The notes beneath the pieces are model-generated. The model searched no databases. It saw only the letters and a program-made list of their open reading frames with translations, and was not told the DNA's origin. Source: Candidatus Omnitrophota bacterium (lineage in GTDB: Bacteria; Omnitrophota; Gorgyraeia; Aquiviventales; Aquiviventaceae). Taken from it: DNA of 63,024 bases. This document shows positions 54,094-63,024 of this stretch, piece by piece. The stretch's first letter is position 1. Every line of letters starts with the position of its first letter. The position numbers and the translations under genes are program-made. The stretch is taken from positions 1 through 63,024 of the forward strand of contig JAHFGT010000003.1 in assembly GCA_023247275.1 (NCBI GenBank), read 5' to 3'.

Positions 54094-56112
54094 ATGGATC
54101 GATTCCAACTCGTGACGGATCTCACTCCAAAAGGAGATCAACCCCACGCCATCCAGGCACTGACCGAAGGCCTCCAGGCCGGTCAGAAGTTCCAAACGCT
54201 CCTCGGGGTCACGGGATCTGGTAAAACATTCAGCATCGCCTCGGTCATCGCCAACGTCAATAGGCCGACGTTGGTCATTTCGCACAATAAGACGCTCGCC
54301 GCGCAACTGTATAGCGAATTCAAGAGCTTGTTTCCGCACAACGCGGTGGAATATTTCGTCAGCTATTACGACTATTACCAGCCTGAGGCGTATATCCCAC
54401 AGACCGACACCTACATCGAAAAAGATTCGGCGGTCAATGATGACCTGGACCGGCTGCGCCTGTCAGCGACCAGCTCGTTGCTGAGCCGGCGCGACGTCCT
54501 GATTGTGAGCAGCGTCTCGTGCATCTACAACCTGGGCGATCCGGAAACGTACAAGCAACAGATGGCTTGGCTGGTGAAGGGCAAGCCGGCTCGTCGGGAT
54601 GAAGTCATGTCATGGCTGGTGGGGATCCATTACACTCGTAACGACGTGGCGTTGAGCCGGGGGACATTCCGCGCGCGGGGTGAGCTGATCGATGTGTTTC
54701 CCGCCTATCGTCAGACCGGATATCGGATTGCGCTTGCCGACGGACGGATCGGCCGAATTCGTGAAATCGATCCGCTGACGACCGACACCATCGCCGAGCT
54801 GGATCAGGTCGCGATTTATCCGGCGAAGCACTTTGTCACCAAAAAAGAAGGGGTGCAGCAGGCGTTGGAGGCGATCCGCCAGGAGATGGTCGAGCGGGTG
54901 CGCGACCTGCAAACGCAGGGCAAATTGCTCGAAGCGCAGCGGCTGGAGTCGCGCACCAAGTACGACATGGAGATGCTCAAGGAGTTGGGTTTCTGCCATG
55001 GGGTGGAAAACTACTCGCGCCAACTGTCCGGCCGGCCGCCTGGTTCGCGGCCGAACTGCCTCATCGACTATTTCCCAAACGACTATCTGATGGTGATCGA
55101 TGAGTCGCATGTCACTGTGCCGCAGATCCGCGGGATGTACGAGGGCGATCGCGCACGCAAGGAAGTGCTGGTCGACTATGGGTTCCGGCTGCCGTCGGCC
55201 CTGGACAACCGGCCGCAGACGTTTGACGAGTTCGAACGTCTGTTGAACCAGGTGGTGTGTGTGTCGGCCACGCCAGGGCCGTATGAATGGAAGCGGTGCG
55301 CTGGCCGGGTCGTCGAACAGATGATCCGACCGACCGGGTTGTTGGATCCGACGGTCACGGTAAAACCCACAACGGGTCAGATCGATGATCTGATCGAGCA
55401 GGTGCGTCGCCGGGCCGAACGCAAAGAACGGGTGCTGGTCACCACACTCACGAAGCGATTGGCTGAGGACTTGACCCGGTATCTGGCTGATGCAGGGCTG
55501 AATGTCAAATACCTGCATTCGGACATTCAAGCCATCGACCGCGTCGAAATCCTCCATGACCTTCGCCGAGGCACGTTCGACTGCCTGGTGGGGATCAATC
55601 TGTTGCGCGAGGGGCTGGATCTGCCTGAGGTATCGCTCGTCGCGGTGCTGGACGCGGACCAGGAAGGATTTCTACGCTCCGCGACTGCGCTGATCCAGGT
55701 GGCCGGCCGGGCCGCCAGAAACGTCAATGGCGAAGTCATCCTGTATGCGGATCATGCCACCGGCGCGATTGAACACATGCTCAGAGAAACGACTCGGCGG
55801 CGGGCCAAGCAGCTCGAGTACAACCAGCGGTATGGCCTCACGCCAACCACCGTGGTCAAAGCGATCCGGGAGAGCATCGAGGCGGCCCGGCAGGCTGAGG
55901 AGTTTGCCATCGAGCAGTCCGGGCAGACGCCAGAGCAGCACGATTCCCGGTATGTCGTCGCTGAGCTTGAAGAAGAAATGCTGCTGTGCGCGCAGCGGCT
56001 CCAGTTTGAGCGGGCCGCGCAACTCCGCGATCAAGCCCTCCAACTCAGGGAGCAATATGGAATCACCGGCGAGGTCAAGCGCCGTCCAACCAGAACCAGA
56101 TCCCGGTCTTGA
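54094..56112 (+). CDS. uvrB: Excinuclease ABC subunit B
   Basis: ATG 54094 (the ORF extends to TTG 54088). Contains ..GDQPHAIQAL.., ..GVTGSGKTF.., ..DESHVT.. and the C-terminal UVR domain ..FERAAQLRD.. Confidence 0.95.
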   Translation: MDRFQLVTDLTPKGDQPHAIQALTEGLQAGQKFQTLLGVTGSGKTFSIASVIANVNRPTLVISHNKTLAAQLYSEFKSLFPHNAVEYFVSYYDYYQPEAYIPQTDTYIEKDSAVNDDLDRLRLSATSSLLSRRDVLIVSSVSCIYNLGDPETYKQQMAWLVKGKPARRDEVMSWLVGIHYTRNDVALSRGTFRARGELIDVFPAYRQTGYRIALADGRIGRIREIDPLTTDTIAELDQVAIYPAKHFVTKKEGVQQALEAIRQEMVERVRDLQTQGKLLEAQRLESRTKYDMEMLKELGFCHGVENYSRQLSGRPPGSRPNCLIDYFPNDYLMVIDESHVTVPQIRGMYEGDRARKEVLVDYGFRLPSALDNRPQTFDEFERLLNQVVCVSATPGPYEWKRCAGRVVEQMIRPTGLLDPTVTVKPTTGQIDDLIEQVRRRAERKERVLVTTLTKRLAEDLTRYLADAGLNVKYLHSDIQAIDRVEILHDLRRGTFDCLVGINLLREGLDLPEVSLVAVLDADQEGFLRSATALIQVAGRAARNVNGEVILYADHATGAIEHMLRETTRRRAKQLEYNQRYGLTPTTVVKAIRESIEAARQAEEFAIEQSGQTPEQHDSRYVVAELEEEMLLCAQRLQFERAAQLRDQALQLREQYGITGEVKRRPTRTRSRS

Positions 56113-56926
56113 GCATCGGCTGGCCTCGGCGTGCGGCACCGCCAATGTCTATGCCTATACGTCGGTGGGCTCGACGATGGAGCTGGCCCATCTGGTGGCG
56201 GCTGAACACGCGCCAGCCGGCACGCTGGTGTGGGCGGCTCAGCAGCATCACGGACGTGGTCGTGCCGGACGAACATGGGAGTCGCCGCTAGGTGGCGCGT
56301 ATTTTTCGCTGATTGTGCGCCCAGAGAAAGCGCCAGCCCAGATCCCGCAACTGTCGCTGGTCGCCGGGCTGGCGGTCGTCGAAGCGATCCATGCGCTGAC
56401 CCCGTTGTTTGCGTCGATCCGCTGGCCGAACGATGTGCTGATCCGCGATCGCAAGGTCTGTGGAATTTTGCTTGAAGCTCGCGGGGCCGTCCCGCGAGCT
56501 GAAATCCCGAGCCAGGCCCAGGGGCCGAGTCGAGGGACTGAGGCGAAAGCCGGCTGGGCGGTCGTTGGTGTTGGAATCAATATTGTGACTGATCAATCGC
56601 TGCTCCCAGACACCGCCACCTCGCTGGTCGCCGAACTCTCGCGAAGTGACAGTCACTTCGCGGTGGACCCGGTGGCGCTCACCGGAGCCATCTATCAACG
56701 GTTCACCGCATGGTATGCTGTGTGGACGCTGAATAGATTCGAGCCGATCCACCAAGCGCTCAGGCCATGGATCGGCCTGTTCGGGCAGATGGTGCACATC
56801 ACCGCTGGTACTGAGCGGTTCGAAGGCACCGCCACCGACCTGGACGAGCAGGGCCGCCTGCTCGTCCGCCTGGACTCCGGCCTCATGAGAGCCTTCGACA
56901 TGGGAGAGGTCACCCTACTGCGATAG
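56057..56926 (+). CDS. birA: Biotin--[acetyl-CoA-carboxylase] ligase (no N-terminal HTH)
   Basis: Contains ..AAQQHHGRGRAGRTWESPLGGAYFS.. and ..IRWPNDVL..KVCGILLE.. Start is uncertain; ATG 56057 overlaps the uvrB end. Confidence 0.83.
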   Translation: MESPARSSAVQPEPDPGLEHRLASACGTANVYAYTSVGSTMELAHLVAAEHAPAGTLVWAAQQHHGRGRAGRTWESPLGGAYFSLIVRPEKAPAQIPQLSLVAGLAVVEAIHALTPLFASIRWPNDVLIRDRKVCGILLEARGAVPRAEIPSQAQGPSRGTEAKAGWAVVGVGINIVTDQSLLPDTATSLVAELSRSDSHFAVDPVALTGAIYQRFTAWYAVWTLNRFEPIHQALRPWIGLFGQMVHITAGTERFEGTATDLDEQGRLLVRLDSGLMRAFDMGEVTLLR

Positions 56927-56933
56927 CCACGAT

Positions 56934-56962
56934 TTGATATTGTATATACAATTGTGTATTAT
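56934..56962 (+). promoter_or_regulatory. Putative promoter TTGATA-N17-TATTAT with embedded perfect palindrome ATTGTATATACAAT (56939-56952)
   Basis: AT-rich spacer directly upstream of the brnT-like ATG 56977. The palindrome occupies the promoter spacer. Confidence 0.45.
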
Positions 56963-56976
56963 AATAAGAGCCGTAG

Positions 56977-57234
56977 ATGCGCGACGTTAGATGGAATCCG
57001 CTCAAGGCCCAGCGCCTGAAAAGACTGCGGGGTGTGTCGTTTGAAGAGATCCTCCAGGCTCAGCTATTGGCGATCAAGCAGCATCCGTCGCGGACTCAAC
57101 AACATCTGCTCCTCTTTCTCTACAAAGGATACATTTGGGTAGTGCCCTGCATCATGAGTAAGGATGACATCGTTCTGAAGACACTGTTCCCGAGCCGCAA
57201 GTATACGAAGCTCTACAAGCGAGGAGAACTATGA
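56977..57234 (+). CDS. BrnT-like (DUF497-type) toxin
   Basis: Contains ..WNPLKAQRLKRLRGVSFEEI.. and ..LFPSRKYTKLY.. ATGA-coupled to the downstream antitoxin gene. Confidence 0.6.
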   Translation: MRDVRWNPLKAQRLKRLRGVSFEEILQAQLLAIKQHPSRTQQHLLLFLYKGYIWVVPCIMSKDDIVLKTLFPSRKYTKLYKRGEL

Positions 57235-57485
57235 TGAGACCCACGAAATTGACACGAGCGGAGCGCGATATCGAACAGGCACTTCTGAGGGGCGACTATG
57301 TGGATGTCCCCAAGGGTGAGATCGATTCGATTGTCCAGGACATCGCTCATCGACGCAAGGATGCGGTGCTGAATATCCGCGTCAATAGCGAAGACCTGCG
57401 AAGCATTAAGCAGAAGGCCAAACGATACGGTGTGAAGTATCAGTCATTCATCGCCGAGCTGCTCCATCGGGTCGCACACAGCTAG
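57231..57485 (+). CDS. BrnA-like antitoxin (C-terminal RHH/CopG-type)
   Basis: ..LNIRVNSEDLRSIKQKAKRYGVKYQSFIAELLH.. shows the typical BrnA C-terminal pattern. Confidence 0.65.
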   Translation: MMRPTKLTRAERDIEQALLRGDYVDVPKGEIDSIVQDIAHRRKDAVLNIRVNSEDLRSIKQKAKRYGVKYQSFIAELLHRVAHS

Positions 57486-57497
57486 CCAAAGGTTGCC

Positions 57498-58058
57498 ATG
57501 ATAACACACATGGATGACATGGCTTCTATACTAGACAATACCAATCTGCTCTATCTTTTCAGCGCCTTGGCGCAATGTGCTGCTGCTTTTGCGGCTCTTG
57601 TTGCTGTATTTGGTGTATTTCGATTTCAGGCCAATGCTTCTGAACTCGCCAACCTCTTTTCGGAATCGAGATATCATTTATCGCATGTCCATAGTGCGCG
57701 TGCTCTAGATTTCCCCAAGAGTGAAGTAATACGACGGCTCCGAGATCTGGACATAGATACCGCAGCGCGGCAGGATTTGCGTCCTCGAGCCATTGAGTTG
57801 CATAAGAGAATTACGCAGATTGAGGAGATGGATGATAGATTCCCAAACGAGGTTGGAAAATTGTTGAAGTTTTGGACACTAATCTTTCTATTTTCAATTG
57901 CCATGTGCTCCGTAACACATCTCTATGCACCGATTGGCAGCGAATTCCCATGGCAAGCCTTAACAGTGACTGGAATGGCTCTCGCCTTGACAAGTATTGC
58001 CGTCCTTCAAACAAGTCAGTTTGTCCAGATATGCTTGGGTAGAACAAGGGACCAATGA
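57498..58058 (+). CDS. Hypothetical membrane protein (1 N-terminal and 2 C-terminal TM segments, central helical region)
   Basis: AT-richer codons than neighbours. TM segments LLYLFSALAQCAAAFAALVAVFGVF, FWTLIFLFSIAMCSV and LTVTGMALALTSIAVL. Its stop overlaps the coaX ATG (ATGA). Confidence 0.5.
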   Translation: MITHMDDMASILDNTNLLYLFSALAQCAAAFAALVAVFGVFRFQANASELANLFSESRYHLSHVHSARALDFPKSEVIRRLRDLDIDTAARQDLRPRAIELHKRITQIEEMDDRFPNEVGKLLKFWTLIFLFSIAMCSVTHLYAPIGSEFPWQALTVTGMALALTSIAVLQTSQFVQICLGRTRDQ

Positions 58059-58831
58059 TTCTCACTGTTGATATTGGCAACACGACGACGAACTTCGGCG
58101 TGTTCGAGCGGGGCAAGCTCAGCGCCCAGTTTTCGATCGGCACGCAGTCCAACCGCACGCCGGATGAAGTGACGCTCCAGCTTAAGGCGCTGGCCAAAAC
58201 CCGTCGGCTGCATCTGACTCAGGCTCGACAGATTCTGATTTGCAGTGTGGTGCCGCGCATGTCGTCGGTGCTGATCGAAGCGCTGCACTCGCTGGATGCC
58301 ATTCCAATCGTCGTTGTGGGCCAGGATATCACGGTGCCGCTCAACAACCGGTATACCTACCCAGAGCAGGTAGGCCAGGATCGCCTGGTAGGAGCATACG
58401 CAGCCTGGCAGACGTATAATAATAAGAAGAAGAGACCTTGCATTGTGGCTGACTTTGGCACCGCGATCACGATTGATGTTGTGACAAAGGCTGGCGAGTA
58501 TCTTGGCGGGATTATTGCTCCAGGAATCGACATTTCCTTAGATGCGCTGGCCACGCGTACCGCGTTGCTGCCAAAGGTTGAACTACGCGAGCCGCCTGAA
58601 CTGCTCGGCCGCGATACCGCCAACAGCATCCGATCAGGCCTTGTATATGGCTGTGCAGCGCTCACCGAAGGGTTGATCGATCAACTGAAACGTCAGTATG
58701 CCAAGGACGCGGTTGTCATCGCCACTGGAGGCAGCAGTTCTCTTATCTCTAAATATACCAAATGTTTCAATCATGTCAGACCCTGGCTCGTCCTCGAAGG
58801 GCTGTACCAGTTAAGCAAGTCCAGCAAATAA
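58055..58831 (+). CDS. coaX: Type III pantothenate kinase
   Basis: Starts MILTVDIGNTTTNFGVF.. Contains ..DFGTAITIDV.. and ..GGIIAPG.. Confidence 0.9.
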   Translation: MILTVDIGNTTTNFGVFERGKLSAQFSIGTQSNRTPDEVTLQLKALAKTRRLHLTQARQILICSVVPRMSSVLIEALHSLDAIPIVVVGQDITVPLNNRYTYPEQVGQDRLVGAYAAWQTYNNKKKRPCIVADFGTAITIDVVTKAGEYLGGIIAPGIDISLDALATRTALLPKVELREPPELLGRDTANSIRSGLVYGCAALTEGLIDQLKRQYAKDAVVIATGGSSSLISKYTKCFNHVRPWLVLEGLYQLSKSSK

Positions 58832-58850
58832 TTTCAAACTCATGAATAAA

Positions 58851-58880
58851 TTGACAAATGACAGAGAAATAGTAGATAAT
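58851..58880 (+). promoter_or_regulatory. Putative groESL promoter
   Basis: TTGACA-N18-GATAAT in an AT-rich spacer, upstream of CIRCE. Confidence 0.5.
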
Positions 58881-58954
58881 ATCCATCAGAAGTGTATTAT
58901 TCAGCTGAATTCTCACCTTGAAAATGCACCATGCTGGCATCAGAATGTAAGAAA

Positions 58955-58981
58955 TTAGCACTCGGTACACGTGATTGCTAA
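58955..58981 (+). promoter_or_regulatory. CIRCE operator (HrcA binding site)
   Basis: TTAGCACTC-N9-GATTGCTAA compared with the consensus TTAGCACTC-N9-GAGTGCTAA (one mismatch). Lies 22 nt before groES. Confidence 0.8.
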
Positions 58982-59002
58982 GAATCAACAGGAGGTTAGG
59001 TG

Positions 59003-60980
<1,978 letters not shown>

Positions 60981-60992
60981 AGGAGACGTTCC

Positions 60993-61313
60993 ATGGCCAC
61001 AGCAACCGCAACACAAAGCAGTAGCCTGAAGCTCAAGCCGATCGGTGACCGGGTCATCGTGCAGCGGCTGGGCTCGGCCGAGAAGACCAGGACCGGGCTG
61101 TACCTGCCGGACACCGCGCAGGAAAAGCCGCAAGAGGGCAAGGTCATCGCGGTCGGATCGGGTAAGACGCTGAAGAACGGCAAGACCGTGCCGTTGTCGG
61201 TCAAGCCAGGCGATCGGATCATCTTCGGCAAGTACTCAGGTTCGGAGATCAAAGTTGACGACAAGGAGTATGTCTTCCTCAACGAAGACGACATCTTGGC
61301 CATCGTCACCTAA
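60993..61313 (+). CDS. groES: Co-chaperonin GroES (copy 2, downstream of groEL; 10-aa N-terminal extension)
   Basis: SD AAAGGAG. Contains ..[42 protein letters not shown].. Confidence 0.9.
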   Translation: MATATATQSSSLKLKPIGDRVIVQRLGSAEKTRTGLYLPDTAQEKPQEGKVIAVGSGKTLKNGKTVPLSVKPGDRIIFGKYSGSEIKVDDKEYVFLNEDDILAIVT

Positions 61314-61341
61314 GCCGCGCGCAAGCGCGAGTCGAAGGGTC

Positions 61342-61388
61342 ACACACAGCCCCTCTGTGCCGCAAGGCTAGAGGGGCTGTGTGTTTTT
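61342..61388 (+). terminator. Rho-independent terminator after groES copy 2
   Basis: A 15-bp stem, 61342-61356 (ACACACAGCCCCTCT) pairing with 61370-61384 (AGAGGGGCTGTGTGT), followed by a T-run. Confidence 0.8.
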
Positions 61389-61571
61389 AGCGGTGCGGTG
61401 GCGGGTGGCAGGGCGATGCGGAGCTGGACGTCTGGAGGGGCGAGCGGCCACGGTGTCCCGCCGCAGGCGGGACAAGCGAGCCCCGGAAGCGAGCGAGGTC
61501 CGGCACGGTGGGCCGGACTGAGCGTTCCGGCGGAGCATCGCCTTGACAGGACCCACCGAGCAAGCTGACGA

Positions 61572-61600
61572 TTGACAGCAACGGGGTGGATCGATAAAAT
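61572..61600 (+). promoter_or_regulatory. Near-consensus sigma70-type promoter upstream of the guaB3-like gene
   Basis: TTGACA-N17-TAAAAT. Confidence 0.55.
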
Positions 61601-61708
61601 CTCCTATGGACTCTAGCTTAACCTGCCAAATTGTCCTTTCCCACGATCCAACCCGTTTCTCTTGTCTCGTCTTCTGTCGTCGCATCGCAACCAAGGGGTC
61701 ACTCTCCA

Positions 61709-62938
61709 ATGGCTGAATGGATTGGGATTGGCAGACGCGCGCGGCGGTGTTACGGGTTTGACGAAATCGCGCTCGTCCCAGGCACCACGACCTTCAATCC
61801 GGCTGAGGTGAATACGACCTGGTCGCTTGACGGGCTGAAGTTCCGTGTTCCGTTTATCGCCTCGGCCATGGACGGGGTCGTGGATGTGACCTTCGCGATC
61901 GCCATGGGCAAGCTGGGCGGGTTGGCGGTGCTCAACCTCGACGGGGTGCAGGCCAGGTACGACGACCCCTCGGAGGTGATCAGTCAAATCATCCAGGGCG
62001 ATGTGGAAGAGATGACCAACCTTGTCCAGCAACTGTACAAGGCGCCGATTAAAGAAAAACTGATCGCCAAGCGGGTCGAGCAGATCAAAGAGGCCAAGGT
62101 CCCATGTGCGGTCAGCACGATCCCGCAGAACGCGGAGCGGTTTGGCGCGATCGCGCAGGAGGCCGGCGCAGACATCTTCATCGTCCAGTCCACGGTGACC
62201 ACCGCTCGTCATATCGCCAAGGCCTACAAGCCGGTCGATCTGTCCCAATTGTGCACATCGATCAAGATCCCGGTGATCATCGGCAACTGTGTGACATATG
62301 ATCAGGCGATCGACCTGATGGAATCAGGAGCTCACTCGCTGTTGGTCGGCGTTGGGCCTGGGGCAGCGTGCACCACCCGCGGTGTTCTGGGCGTTGGCGT
62401 ACCCCAGGTCACTGCAACGGTTGACTGCGCCGCTGCGCGAGACTTTTATTTCAAAAAAAGCGGCCGGTATGTGTCAATCATTACCGATGGGGGTATGCGC
62501 AACGGGGGGGATATCTGTAAGGCATTCGCATGTGGGTCGGATGCGGTAATGGTGGGGTCAGCATTCGCCAAAGCCAAGGAGGCGCCTGGCCGAGGGTATC
62601 ACTGGGGCATGGCCTATCCGCACTCCAGCTTGCCGCGCGGCACCCGCATCTTTGTCGGCACGACCGGCACGCTAGAGCAAATCCTGTTCGGCCCGGCGCA
62701 GACCGACGACGGCTCGCAGAACCTGATGGGGGCATTGACCACCTGCATGGGTACCGTTGGCGCCAAAGACATCAAGGCGTTCCAGCTCGCCGACATCATC
62801 ATCGCTCCGTCGATCCAGACCGAAGGGAAAATCTTCCAGCAGGTCCAGCGGGTCGGCATGGCACGCAAAGGCGCAGCCGAACAACCGTCTAACCACCAAC
62901 CAAAGACAAAGTCGCGTCTTAACCGCGTGACGAAATAA
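61709..62938 (+). CDS. IMP dehydrogenase family protein without CBS insert (GuaB3-like)
   Basis: ATG 61709. Contains ..FDEIALVPG.., ..[11 protein letters not shown].., ..[11 protein letters not shown].. and ..[24 protein letters not shown].. Confidence 0.83.
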   Translation: MAEWIGIGRRARRCYGFDEIALVPGTTTFNPAEVNTTWSLDGLKFRVPFIASAMDGVVDVTFAIAMGKLGGLAVLNLDGVQARYDDPSEVISQIIQGDVEEMTNLVQQLYKAPIKEKLIAKRVEQIKEAKVPCAVSTIPQNAERFGAIAQEAGADIFIVQSTVTTARHIAKAYKPVDLSQLCTSIKIPVIIGNCVTYDQAIDLMESGAHSLLVGVGPGAACTTRGVLGVGVPQVTATVDCAAARDFYFKKSGRYVSIITDGGMRNGGDICKAFACGSDAVMVGSAFAKAKEAPGRGYHWGMAYPHSSLPRGTRIFVGTTGTLEQILFGPAQTDDGSQNLMGALTTCMGTVGAKDIKAFQLADIIIAPSIQTEGKIFQQVQRVGMARKGAAEQPSNHQPKTKSRLNRVTK

Positions 62939-62959
62939 TTAGCTATCTCGATCACCTAT

Positions 62960-63024
62960 ATGAATCGCGAGTTTATCTTCATTGTCGACTACGGATCGCA
63001 GTACACGCAGCGTATTGCACGACG
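62960..63024 (+). CDS. guaA: GMP synthase, N-terminal fragment (3' end outside window)
   Basis: MNREFIFIVDYGSQYTQRIARR, the start of the glutamine amidotransferase domain. Confidence 0.8.
   Translation, partial: MNREFIFIVDYGSQYTQRIAR

Noticed and set aside
61440-61560. CCGGAAGCGAGC segment as a possible SRP (4.5S) RNA domain IV.
   Set aside because: The symmetric/asymmetric loop motifs and the GGAA tetraloop context of SRP RNA are not reproduced. The resemblance is superficial only.

Overview
High-GC bacterial chromosomal segment. Every protein gene I can support is on the + strand; only tRNA-Gly is on the - strand. From 1 to 11.9 kb lies the distal S10/spc/alpha ribosomal superoperon: rpsC' rplP rpmC rpsQ rplN rplX rplE rpsZ rpsH rplF rplR rpsE rplO secY adk map infA rpmJ rpsM rpsK rpsD rpoA rplQ, with no rpmD. 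From 11.9 to 32 kb are housekeeping genes: two aminotransferases, an IDH-family dehydrogenase, lipA, a glycolipid/acyltransferase/GT2 trio, pcm, a TonB-like gene, rpsU, a tandem M16 peptidase, DUF1844, rmuC, Trm112, aroQ, efp, accBC, a PPi-type pfk, gmhA, hldC and thiE, then tRNA-Gly. From 32 to 42 kb are an NlpD-like lipoprotein, then a tightly coupled set (AAA/DUF234-like ATPase, dGTPase-like HD hydrolase, lipoprotein, UvrD-RecB-type helicase-nuclease), an orphan two-ORF module, gpsA, a small secreted ORF and tRNA-Pro with an eroded MNT/HEPN toxin-antitoxin remnant. From 42.9 to 49.8 kb is an aspartate-family cluster: hom, thrC, a degenerate apgM-like gene, lysC and cimA. From 49.8 to 63 kb are valS, nadC, mazEF-like, uvrB, birA, an AT-richer islet (brnTA-like plus a membrane ORF), coaX, CIRCE-groES-groEL-groES, a guaB3-like gene and guaA'. 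I saw no rRNA, CRISPR array, transposase or integrase. The main unannotated signals are these. (1) Three ATGA-to-ATGA elements have 5' and 3' ends that are reverse complements (ATGATCCCACCACCTG ... CAGGTGGTGGGATGA), so the SD/AUG of the downstream gene is paired to the region of the upstream stop codon; each carries a small coupled ORF. (2) Paired, mutually complementary heptanucleotide tandem arrays occur in spacers and also inside conserved genes (valS, nadC, cimA tail). (3) A second inverted-repeat family overlaps TAG stop codons. (4) A catalytically degenerate apgM-like protein sits where homoserine kinase would be expected. All product calls rest on motif recognition by eye; no database search was run.
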